A stretch of DNA of 64,000 nt from Blastocystis sp. Blastoise (Eukaryota > Protista > Bigyra: Opalinata): positions 186,001 through 250,000 of the forward strand of contig JBBPEB010000034.1 in the NCBI GenBank assembly GCA_039096225.1, in the 5' to 3' direction. Positions 31,400-58,299 of the stretch are shown here, one piece after another (the first letter of the stretch is position 1; every line of letters begins with the position of its first letter). Below the pieces are notes generated by a model, which made no database searches, was not told where the DNA came from, and was given only the letters and a program-made list of their open reading frames with translations. The translations under genes were made by a program, and so were the position numbers.

Positions 31400-32536
31400 C
31401 TTTATTATTTTGTTTCTAATATTTATATTTTTCAAGTTAAATATATATATATATATATAGTATGTATGTAATACCACTTCTCTCACTCATTTCTTGAATT
31501 GTTTCTCTAATACCGGCAACTGTTCATTTATTTCGACTTATATGAATATACCTATAACTACTCTTAATTCTATTTTTGGTATATATATATTATCTACTTA
31601 TATATATATATATATATATATATAGATGGAGATGTTACTCCCAAATATCCTGGTGTTTATAGTGTATATATATATATAGAATTAAAATATACTTTTAATA
31701 ATATATTTCTTTTTCTAAATATTTCTTTTTTATTACTATCCATACTTATTTTAAAATTCTATTTATTCTAAAAACTTAATATTTCCGCGATTATTTATAG
31801 ATTGGTCGTCAACCGTATGCTACTATTGATGGAGAATTTTCTGTTAATTATCCTCAAAATACATCTAGTGATGGTATATATATATATATATATTGTTTAT
31901 TTAATAAAATAACAATTATTATGTATTCTACTATATATATATATAGTATCAATTACTTTTTCACCTTCTGTTCTTGAATTGTTTTATTATTATTTCATGA
32001 CCTATCATCTTGCAAATTCCACGGTTATTCGTCAAGATTGTTCTGTGGATGGCGTTTGTCCCGTGGGAAGTGATTGTATTCGAGGTGAATGTTTTGAATC
32101 GACTGTTTCTTTCCACGATGCTATTGATATTGGATTTATACGTATATATAATATTATTTATATTATTTATATTATTATTTATATTATTTATATTATTTAT
32201 ATTATTTATTATTCTTTTTATATTATTTATTATTCTATTTATATAATATTATATACATATTATAATAAAGAAATAATATTATTATATATACATATATATA
32301 TAGCTGATCCTTACCCTGGTCAATTTTCTATTAATACTTCTATATCTACTCCTCTTTATACAGAACCCTATTGGGGGGGATTTTATGGTGACGAACCTAG
32401 TCTCATCATCTATCAAGCATTAAACCCTTATGTAGAATGGGTAATGTTTATTATATCTATTGTTATATGTATTTGTACTTATTATTTATGTCGCTATGTA
32501 GTCTCTCGCCTAGGTACAAAACTGAAAATAGATTAA
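29210..32536 (+). CDS. NCSTN: Nicastrin (gamma-secretase subunit)
   Basis: Signal peptide; HFCSR...FGC; CTPIGGQSV; LFALFQGEQWGGIGSIKY; LPPSS; YTEPYW; single C-terminal TM helix. Confidence 0.88.
29965..30215. repeat. Intronic compound repeat of TATACTTAT(TAT) units
   Basis: Directly visible; source of the spurious YYTYY/ILII ORFs. Confidence 0.9.
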
Positions 32537-32968
32537 ATATTATTATATTATATACATATTATATTCATCAAATATATATAACAAAATTCATTTCTATATA
32601 TATCATATTCAAATTATTTATTTGTAAAACAAGAAAATTTATTTTTTTTAATTATCTTGATCTACTCTCTATATATATTCTTAGCTTTTTAATTTTTATT
32701 TAATATTTATAATTTTTCTTGCATTTTTTAAAAATAATATATTGTAGATCCCATCTTTTTGTTTTACAACTATTTTCTATTGGATAAAATCGAAAACAGT
32801 TTCAATTAGTTTATTGATGAAAACAATGTATTTATATATTTATATGCATTTCAATAATAGGTAACAAAACAAATTTATATATCATAAAAATTTCAAAAAA
32901 CTAAGGCAATAGCAAATAATAATAATAAAACATAATCTAAAGAAAAGAAGAAATATTAAAAATATCAT

Positions 32969-33613
32969 TTAATTAATAGTAATCTTCTTTGTTTCCTTAG
33001 GAGCAATTTGTTCTTTAGGAAGAGTTAAATGTAAGACACCATTTTCATATTGAGCAGAGATATTATCTTGATCAACATGGTCAGGAAGAGCAATAGTTCT
33101 TTGGAATGAACCAAAAGAACGTTCAACATAACGATAATTAGTAGTTTCATCACCTTCATGGATTTCATCTTTACGTTCACATTCAATAGTAAGATTATCA
33201 TCATCAGTAGCTATATGAATATCTTCTTTATTCATACCAGGAAGATCAACAGAAACAACGAAATTATTTTTATTCTCTTTTACATCTAAACGACCAAATC
33301 CAGAAGTAGGATGAATCAATTTATTACTTCTTTGTCTAGTAAGAGTATTCATATTCTTCTTATTATTCTTCTTAGGACAATTACATTGTTCTTTTGTACA
33401 TTTACATTCACCTTTAGGACAAGTACAAGTACCAGCAGGACAAGGACAATCTTTATTATCACAAGTATTTGTTTGTTTAGCTTCAGCAGGTTCTTCTTGT
33501 TCTTCATCAGGAATAATACTATTTAAGAAGAAAGAAGGTCTGAAGAAATCACGACGAGGAGCAGCTCTATAAGCATCAAAGAAAGGATCATAATCACCAA
33601 ATAAGAAACTCAT
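32969..33613 (-). CDS. HSP20: Small heat-shock protein (alpha-crystallin domain) with Cys-rich insert, intronless
   Basis: LDVKE...DLPGMNKEDI...ERSFGSFQRTIALP...AQYENGVLHLTLPK...ITI. Confidence 0.95.
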   Translation of the reverse strand: MSFLFGDYDPFFDAYRAAPRRDFFRPSFFLNSIIPDEEQEEPAEAKQTNTCDNKDCPCPAGTCTCPKGECKCTKEQCNCPKKNNKKNMNTLTRQRSNKLIHPTSGFGRLDVKENKNNFVVSVDLPGMNKEDIHIATDDDNLTIECERKDEIHEGDETTNYRYVERSFGSFQRTIALPDHVDQDNISAQYENGVLHLTLPKEQIAPKETKKITIN

Positions 33614-33770
33614 TTTTAATCAATAACTTTATAAAATAACTTTTAATAAACTTTAATTTTTAAATTAAATAATTTATGAAGAAGTATTAAAACATATTTT
33701 CAAATAGAGTCGTTAAACATGATAAACATCAAAGAAGAAAATAGAAAAGAAAAGAAAAAGAGAATAGCCT

Positions 33771-33785
33771 AGAATATTCGAGAAC
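33771..33785. promoter_or_regulatory. Heat-shock element
   Basis: aGAAtaTTCgaGAAc is a perfect nGAAnnTTCnnGAAn, ~160 bp upstream of the HSP20 ATG. Confidence 0.8.
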
Positions 33786-34516
33786 ACGGTTCTTTCAACA
33801 ATTCTAGGCTATTCTTCACATTATTTCATGGGAAACAGAAGATGGGTTAATTTTTAATTTTTTTTTTAATTTTTATGCTTTTTTATTGGAGAATGGATTT
33901 TTGAACCAATTATTGACTTATTTTTATGTTTTTTTTAGAAATTTTGATTCTTTTAAATATGGATGTAAAATAGAGTAGTCATATTTATAGGACATTCTTC
34001 AATGAATTTCAAGTGATTCAATTAGAAATATTAATTTTTTTGTACTTATTGAGGTTTTGAGATTTTTCCAAACAAGTATATTTGTTATCTGAAATGTATA
34101 TATCACAACATTCAGATAATACAAATGATGTAACTACGCAACCACATTTATTTATGCTCCAGTTTCACATCATAGTGATCTACAACACAAATACTTATCT
34201 TATTATTCAATAAAACAGTATAAATATTATCATGTATTGTTTTTTGAAAATAAAAGAAAGGTTTATATCAGTAGAATTGATAAAAAAAATATACTGTAAT
34301 GATTTATAAATTAGCAAAATGAATATAAAAATAATAAGATAATTGACAAATGATGTTAGCACAGTAAATATGATTTTCTTAATAATAAATAGAAATGTAT
34401 CATTTTCAAAATAAAAGGAAACAAGTTATTGAAAACAAAAACTTTATTAATTCTGTTTGTGTTTTTGAAATTGTTTTTTTCTTTTATTTTTATAAAGATT
34501 GCCTTAATCATCAGTT

Positions 34517-35991
34517 ATGTTTGAAGATCTTAACGTACCACTTTTATGCACTGGTATAGCCTTGCTTATCACGGTTGTCAGCTCATTTGTTTTATTAATT
34601 TTGTATACAAAAAAACACACACTTTGGTCCAGAGATGGCCTCACAATTGCAGTTTGGATTACTTTTCTTGCGCTACGTTTCTATACTGTTTTGTCTCCAA
34701 ATATCTGGAACGAAACATTTGATTATTATGGTTTTATGCCTATTCCTACATTTGAACTTCCCTATGGATTATTCTATGATGCAGGTGTCAACATACTTTA
34801 CTTATTTGTGATTTATTTATCCCTTGACAAATTGTATATTTTTAAATAATAGTGTTTTTGTTATTTCTTTTATAATAGATACTATTCTTTTTGAATATAG
34901 ATTGGATATACATATGTTATTAGAAGAACAGGATCATAAAAAATGCAATACAAAGCGAATCTTATCATCTATTCTTTTTAATGTATATATATAATAATTA
35001 GTTTACAATTTTTTTTGATTATCTATATTATATATTATGGATCTATATATATATATAGTTGATTATTGTTTATTTCATAAGTTTAATATGTGTTTATATA
35101 TTCACATCATTATTATCAATACGTATATACATATATAAACATAATAATTATAATCTATATATATTCAAATTTATAGAATATAAAAAGTATATATATAACT
35201 ATTATGTTTCCTTTATAGATATGTTTATTTCTATATATATAACAAGTTATATTCTCTTCTATATCCTTCTGATTATATTTATAAGTATTTCTGAACTCAA
35301 AAATATAATCGTGTTTCAGTATTTATTATATATAAATATTTATGAAATATTTATATAAATATCATGATTATTCTATTTCATTAAATTATATTATATATTT
35401 AATATATATATATATATTTCATAAATATTTATATAAATATCATAATTATTCTATTTTTTAAAATTATATTATATATTTAATATATGTTTCATAAATATTT
35501 TTATAAATATCATAATTATTCTATTTCTTTAAATTATATTATATATTTATATATAATAGGAATACACCTGTTACAGCATCTTTACGAAATACACTCATTC
35601 GAGATAAAATAACCGCGATTATCGTCAATATTATTTTATGTGTTATAAAATCTTTTTTTATTCTTTATGGATATCTTACTTATTCAGAAATGTTCGTACC
35701 TTATGTAAATATATAATATTAATATTATATATATATATTTTTTTGAGTTAACTTTTTCTATATATATATTCATTATTTATAATTATATATGTATATAGCA
35801 CAAGTCTATTATGTTATTAATATATATGTTAATTTGTGATATTATACCTTATTTCTATTCCTTCTATACATTATGTCATTTTCCAACTAATATTATGGAG
35901 TATATATAAGCAGTCTATATTATTATTCTCTATTTATATATATAATTGATCATTGTGGTCTAGATATATATTGTTGTATCTTTCTCTATCA

Positions 35992-36025
<34 letters not shown>

Positions 36026-36067
36026 GGTATTATGATTACGTTACTTCCTACAAATGAAAAGAATTAA
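34517..36067 (+). CDS. Seven-transmembrane protein (possibly THH1/TOM1/GPR137-like)
   Basis: Seven in-frame exons with about 7 hydrophobic segments; last helix YMLICDIIPYF; stop TAA at 36065-36067. Confidence 0.6.
35340..35555. repeat. Intronic tandem repeat, ~65-75 bp unit x3
   Basis: Repeats of AAATATTTATATAAATATCATRATTATTCTATTT...AAATTATATTATATATTTA. Confidence 0.75.
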
Positions 36068-37351
36068 TTTTTAGTATTTTATTGAATATCATTAGGTCTA
36101 TTGAATACATTTATATATATATATATTTCTTATTAGGATTATTGAGTTATTTAAATTCTCTTTATAAATAAATTGTTATATATATAGTATTATATCTCTT
36201 GTTTATGTTTTTTTAAATAATAAAGAATTAGTAAAAATATAATATATATATATGATTCTTTAAACTAAATGTTTTTTCATGTTAATTAGTATATCTAGTA
36301 TATTCTTTACTATATATATATATTATTCTTATCACTATCTTCTTGTATAGCATCACATATATTCTTTTTCAATTATTTTAATGTTATTATTCATTACTAT
36401 ATACTTTAACATACTATTTATATATAAATATAATATATATATAAACATATGAAATTATTTGAGACAATGATGAATTCTTCTCTATTCATTTAAGTTCTTT
36501 CTAAATCAAAAGAGTATTTTAATTTTCATATTTAAAAAATTATTTGTTTTGTATCTGCCGTTCTTCTGAAATCAAGGTATTATTCAGTGTTTGAGTTGCT
36601 ATTCTATTATATACTCTTCTTTTGATAATATAACAATTTAAATTTTCAGGGGTTTTGACGCCAACATTTTTTATTATCTAATATTTATATAAGATGCAAA
36701 GAAGAGTTGCCATTTGAAACAATTCAACATTAAGAAGATCTCGCTCAAAATCATGTTCAACACATAGTTATCTCCTACATTTTCTATCTTTATAACTCTT
36801 TTTGAAATATCAACCCCAATTTTTAGCACGAAAACAAAAATAATTACAAATAGAATTGCCTAGTAACACCAGTGCATTTCTTCTAGAGCATCTCAAAGAC
36901 TAGAGAAATCAAATAGTGATAATAAATGCACAAATAAATACCAATATGATGGTAAACATTAAGCATTAAGTAAAAGCTGAATGCTCTAATTGTGTCTCAA
37001 GAATAACCGTGGAAATTCATTTTTTTGCGGCAAAAAATTCGTTTTTTATTTCAATTAAAAAAATAAATTCAGAGAAAACAATTCAGTTCCAGGATTTTTA
37101 AACTTGTTAACAATTAATCTTCTTCATAATAATAAAATAGATTTCAATTGATTTTTATCATTGAATCGAAATTGTTTTCTAAAAAATTAGACTCTTCTGT
37201 ATATTCTTTCATGTTGACTATTCATCTATATAACTATTCTTTAGAAACCCTTACTCGAAACGTCTGTCTATCCTATTGTATACATTTTATCTTATATAAT
37301 TTACGAATTTAGAATCCAGTCAATTTATCATACACGAAAGGAAAGTCTTTA

Positions 37352-41121
<3,770 letters not shown>

Positions 41122-42222
41122 TTTTTTTTTATATGTCTATAATACAATTCTTTATAAAAATTGTTTTTATTCTATTTAAATTTATAGTATATTCTTATGA
41201 TATTACTACGTATATAATTTCTATTTCTTTTTTTACGATATTCTCTCTATATACACTCTTAATAGATTTCATTATTATATTTAATGATTCATATATTTAT
41301 TATTTTGTTTTTTTATACTTAGTTTTATACCCTCAAAAAGGGCAAGTTATTTTATAAAAAAATTCTATTTACTCAAATACTCACTAGTTTATAAAGAAAC
41401 TATATATATAGAACTATTATTATATATTTTCCTAAATACTATTCGTATAACAAAATGATTATATATATATATTCCAACACTTTTTCTATATTCCCCTATT
41501 TAAAAAAAAATGTTTTATTAGGTTAAAACTTCATATTAATTTCTTATAGACAATCAATAAGAGAATAAGAAAGCCATACATAAATATTAGAAGCATGATA
41601 GGAGAGTATAATGAAAAATATGTTTGTCAATTCACAATTATTTCAAAAAGCACAAACTTCTCTTTTATGAACAGAACAACATTCAAATTCTGTTATACAA
41701 TACATAAAACCATTTTTCAAATGCAATATGAAGTAATGTAAAGCTCAACTCACATATTCTTTCATACAATTTGTTAGCACAATGAAATTTCATTAAAAAT
41801 TTTGACTAGTTTAAAGAATTTTAGACATATATATAATAATGATATAGCAAACAAACTAATCGTTTATATAAATAAATGACATAGCACATTTTTTAAAATT
41901 TATTTTTTTTTTAATTAAAACATGAAATCCATTTTTTTTTTGAAACAACATAAAAAAAAGAGTCTAAATCTCAAAATTACCGTGAAGAAAAAAATTTGCA
42001 TATCACATCGAAAAATTTCACATATTTTTTTCAAATACGAAACATATTCAACAAAATTAACAAAGTCATTGTTCACATCAGTATTTAATACACAAACAAC
42101 AGGAGTAGCGTTTAGCTGATATGTATTTTTTTGTTTCAAGATAAATATGTTTTTTTATACCATTTGCAATTCACTATTGGATTATAAGATTGATTTTTTA
42201 ATTCAATTATATATAGAAAATA

Positions 42223-52738
<10,516 letters not shown>

Positions 52739-52946
52739 TATTATATTTATATATATGTATGTAAAACATTTATATATACAAATATGTATATGAATGATGA
52801 TAATAATAGTATTAATGTTTAATCATTCTCTTTTCCCTCTTAATAAATATTATATACTATACATATAAAACCATATTTATATTATCATTTTAATCAAAAT
52901 TATATCGATATATTACTCTCTTCTTCTTATTATTATAAATATATAT

Positions 52947-52987
<41 letters not shown>

Positions 52988-54146
52988 ATTCTCTTGAAAT
53001 AATTCATTCGATTTATTTCGTTTAGAATTCTATATTCATTTATATTAAATTTTTTATTTTATAAAAATCTTTTTTTTTTTTGACTTAAAAGAATTTCCAA
53101 TATGATGTTGCTATCTATTATTCTTTAAATCTTTTTCTTTTTCTCTTCTTTTTTTGATTCTTTGTTTTTTTCCACTCTTTATATTTTTTCTAATATATTT
53201 TCTTGCCATTATACTTTTTTCTTCTTTAACAAAAAACTTTATTATGAATCATTATTCTATTTTATACTCACCTTTTTATATGTGCTATTAATTTATTTTT
53301 ATTAATCATTATAATGTCCTCTATAAATATTTTTATTCAAATTGTTGTTGCTATAAATAAACTAAATTCTACTATTCAATACTCTACAATATAAGTTATA
53401 AATATATATATAATCTTCGTTCATATCACTCTAATTACATCATATTTTTCATGACAGTTTTATATATTATAAGATATTTAAAAAAATATGATGATATATT
53501 CACTAATATTTGAATAAAAATACAATAAAACATAAAAAATTATATAGTATTTTCATTTTATTCAGTATTAAGGGTTTATTTATAATTATTTAAGATTGTA
53601 AAACTTTTTATTACAAATTAATCAATTAATCATTTAGATATGAATGATTTTAATTAATATTTATATATTAGAATCGTTGTTATATCCTTGTTTATTATTT
53701 TTATTATATATATCAAATAATAACATAAATGAGTCAATCTAACACCTTTATATCAATAAGTTAGTTTATTTTTTACTCAAAAAAAATATCAGAGATTAAT
53801 ATACACAACGTGAATATATTCAAATGATTTATTAGTATATAAATAGCCTCAAAATGTCCAACTAATCTTAAGATATAATTTAAGATTCATTTTAAATAAA
53901 CGTCATTTCTAATCGATATCAAGGAGTGTAAATTCACTGATCTAAAAGCTTTAATTACGAAGAATCCAACAAGAATTAATTTAAACCTTATTTTTATCAA
54001 CAATTTATTTATTCTTAATAAAGATACATTGCATCTATCTATCAAGAGCAACATTCCATGAGTATATAACTCATTTTAAGAGAGAAATATAATAAAATGG
54101 AAACTCATAAAAACATTCACGTTTATTTTTGTTTTACGATTATTAT

Positions 54147-57100
54147 TAGAGACTTACAAAAAACCCGTGAAAGAATTTTACGGGTTTAAACCCGTGAAAG
54201 ATTTTCACGGGTTTTAGAAAATTACAGTCAAAAATCTTTCACGGGTTTCAAAACCCGTGAAAGATACTTATTAATATCCTTAATTTAGTTCATGTAGCGT
54301 ACGGTGTCTCACACACTTTCACTATTATTGACTTTGTTATTAACTTTTATAAAATAAAAATTACATCATAAAATCCGGAACACAATTCTGAAAATGACTG
54401 TTAAAAAAATTTTTCGAAAATTCTAAATTTCTGGCTAAAAAACGCAAAAAACCATTTTCGCACAAAATTTTAACCAAAATTATTGGATTATTTTTTTTTT
54501 ATCCAATATTTTTCATTTTTATAAAAACACTTATTTTTCGTTTTTCATTTTTTATTGTTTTCTTATTTTTCCTATATCTATTAACATACTCTATATTTAT
54601 TTTTATAAAATTAACTTTTATTGACGGGTTGGTCTTATAAATAGTTTTGACGGGTAGATTTGTTTATATTTACAACTTGACAACATATCAATACACACAT
54701 TACTAACTATAAACTCTAAAGTGGTTTCAGTTGTCATGACAATGACCTTAACTACTCTGAAACAACAATAAATCTTTTAAATAACGACAAAAGACAAACT
54801 GATATCCAACACATTCCTTCTTAATAAACTTATTTGAGCTTTAATGTATTTAGTTAACTCTATATCCGTCATAAATATGTTTTATATTTTAATTATATCT
54901 TTTAATAAGAAAATATTTGTTTATAAAAATTTTTCATCTTTGATACCCAATTTTGTTATCATCAGATCTCAGTCAATATTCAACATATAATAAAAATAAA
55001 AACATATTTGTAAACAAGACAACCTAGATGTCATCCGTTTTTTATATTTTTGTTTAATATTTAATATTGACCGAGATATGTTAATTTATATGAAAAACAT
55101 AAAAATGAAATTTTTCTAAAAATGGTATATTTTGTTATCATCAGTTCTCAGTCAATATTTTATAAAATAAAAAGGTTAAAGCTTATTTAGATATAGGACG
55201 ACCTAAATGTCATCCGTTTTTGCCATTTTTTTAAAATATTAAAAAATGAAGTCACAGGAGACAATAGTTAAACTCAATAAAAAAATGACGTTCGAAATTT
55301 TTGTTAAAATTTTTTCATTTGTTTGTTGTCAATAATTTCATCATTTATAAATATATTTGATATTTGACTCTATATTGAATCACTAAATACCAAAATAAAC
55401 ATATTTTATTATTTTATTTTGTTTTTAAAAGACTTTGACAACAGATAACCAGACAATGTTAACTCAATAAACTCTTAAAACGTTTAGATTAGTGTTTAGA
55501 ATCACTCATAGACACTGTATGTGACTTATTTACAAAAGTTAAGACAACATGTTGAACTGATACTGACAATGTTTGTTTTAAAAAGTCAGTTGTCAGTCTT
55601 TATGATTTGGAAATGTCATAAATAAGCTTTAAATAAGAAAATTAGTTTTTAAAAATCTTTAATTAGTGAAATAAGTCGTTTAAAAAAAAGAAAACATTTT
55701 TGATACTATAGTTTGTTTTGACAATTTCTCCATCAATATTAATTTTTAAAAAATAAATAAAACTTATTTATAAACTAGATAACATATAGTTTATATATTT
55801 AGAAAAATATTATCAAAATATAAAATAACTTTTGAGATAAAAAATTATATATGCAAAACATAAAAATTATTTTTTTTGAAAAAAGGGTATACTTTATAAC
55901 ATTAATTTCTCAGTCAATATTTAATTATTTTATATAATTATAACAAATAAATATAGAGAATAAAACATATTAATAATATAAATTTTAATATTTAAAATTA
56001 ATTAAGAAATGAGTTTAGTAGAGTCAATAGTATAACATGTTAAAAAACTGAAAATTGAAAAATCTTTTTTCTAAAAATTTTCTGAAAGTTGACAAATCAA
56101 ATTCATATTTGACAATTAATTTTTACATATTTGAAAACTAGACTACATATGTATTGCATTTCTCAAAAAAATAGTCAAAAGTGGAGTTGACGAGTATATA
56201 TATATATATGCACATGTTGACTCATAATTTTGTAAAAAGTAGTTCAATGTGTCCTAAATCACATATCAAAGCAATTCTATAAATATTATCACTTTATAAT
56301 GAGTTTAAAGGGTAAAATAATTTTGAATTGTCTGTTTGACTGTCTTAAGTGAAGAGATTCAATACACTTTCTGTAAAAATGAGTATTAGAGTGTTTAATG
56401 TTTATAATAATAAAAGAATTGTTTGAAATAAAGGTGGTTGTGTGTTTGACCAAAATGTTAAAATGAGTCTATTTTTTAAATATGGTTGTAATAAGTATGT
56501 ATAGAGTGTTTTTAAATTGTTTTATATTAAAATCTACAATAAATAAATATTTTAAGTTGTTTAAAAAATTATTCTTTTAGAATTACAATAGTTAAGTCAA
56601 GAGATTCAAGTTACCTTTTATTAAAATAATAAATAGACTTATTATAGAACATAAAATATTAAAAATTAGTTTAATTAAACATGGTTGACTGCTTGATAGG
56701 AATGTTAAAATGGGTAAAATGATTTTAATTGCTTCTAAAACCGTATAATACGTTTTTTTGTCACTAAATACAAAACTATTATTGTTTAAAGAATGTTTTT
56801 TGTCTTTCAAAAGAACTCATTTTTTGTAATTGTGACTTTAAATAAATGAAATTCAAGTTATTCTTTATAAATAAAAATAATAAATCAAATATATATGTAT
56901 ATTAGCACAAAATTCGTTTTAATAAAAGTGAGTATATGTATTTCAAAATGTTATAGTTTTTTAGAGTTTTTTTATAATAACTTATTTGTTGTGTAAACTC
57001 TATTTTATAAACAATACTATAGTTTTTTAAGTATTTAAATATATTTACTAATGAAATAGAATGTAATCTTTATTTTATATATAGTTAATTTTTATTTTTT

Positions 57101-58202
57101 AATTTTCTTTTTATGAAACAATTATTGATAATATTAATAAAATATGAAACGATTATTGATAATATTAATAAAACAAAACAAAATTTGAAATAAATAATTT
57201 TTATATAATGAAAAGATAGTCTTTTTACAAATTATTTTTTTATGTTTATTTAGATTCAAGCGTAGGCTGGCGTAGCCAGTCGTGAAACGCTTGTACCATA
57301 TTAATCTGTTAATATTATATATATGATTTATTTGAATTGATGTTCATATATTAGCATCGTTGTTATACTCATGTATATAATTTCTATAATTTAAATATCA
57401 AATTTTTTACTAAATGGGCTCATTTCATGCCCTTATACTAATGTTTTCTTCATGTTATCACAACAAAAATTTAACTAATTATTTTTGTACTTATAGGAAA
57501 GTAAAAAGAGTTGAAATCTATGTATAGAATAGATTTGTTCACATTACTATTGATGCTTTACCAGCCAAATACAGGTTCATAGTTTTTAAATACTTATTAT
57601 ATGTATAATATATTGAAGAATTACTAATAATAAAACAATTTGTGAGAACATTTTATCCTATTAAAAATAATAGACGAAAAGTTATTATATTATGTTTTTT
57701 ATATCTAAGACATTTATTATATATTGAATGGAACACTTTTCATTGTTTTATAAAAGAATAATTGTCTAAAGACAATAATTGAAGATATATTAATTAGTTA
57801 TATTTCTTCATATTTGACTAGATATCTATATGTATAGCACGGAAATATTGATACAATTGAATAATAAACAACTTCATCTGAATATGATCCAACTTATATT
57901 ATGAAAACAGAATCAATAGCACACCTTCATATTTATCTATTGCTCCTGAAGTCAAAATATGCAAATCAAAGAATCTAGATTCTTTGTTCACCAAGAAAAA
58001 CAAATGAATTGATAAAAAACTTATTCTTATCAAAATATTTTTCCTTTAATATGAAATTTCCATATATTAATTTATAACAAAGAACATCTTAATCGTTTAC
58101 AACTCATATAATGAGAGATATATAACAAAATAAAAACCCGTGAAATTCTTTCACGGGTTTTAAACCCGTGAAAGAATTTCACGGGTTTTTTGTAAGTCTC
58201 TA
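54147..58202. mobile_element. hAT-like non-autonomous DNA transposon, ~4.06 kb
   Basis: Perfect 26 bp TIR TAGAGACTTACAAAAAACCCGTGAAA (54147-54172 and 58177-58202), 8 bp TSD ATTATTAT (54139-54146 and 58203-58210), palindromic subterminal AAACCCGTGAAA arrays, no transposase ORF. Confidence 0.85.
54277..57293 (+). mobile_element. Putative non-autonomous Helitron-like insertion nested in the hAT-like element
   Basis: A|TC 5' boundary (uncertain). GC-rich hairpin GGCTGGC-GTA-GCCAGTC (57265-57281) 8 nt before CTTG|T. Interior composition differs from the host and has internal direct repeats. Confidence 0.5.
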
Positions 58203-58299
58203 ATTATTATTAAATTATAAGGCAATAAAAGAATGTGTTTTCAAAAGTACATAAAAAAGATTTTTTTTACCATTTTTTTTATTCATTTTATTAATTAGA

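Noticed and set aside
54147-54265. CRISPR-like array of palindromic repeats
   Set aside because: No unique spacers, eukaryotic context, and mirrored at 58133-58202; these are transposon terminal repeats.
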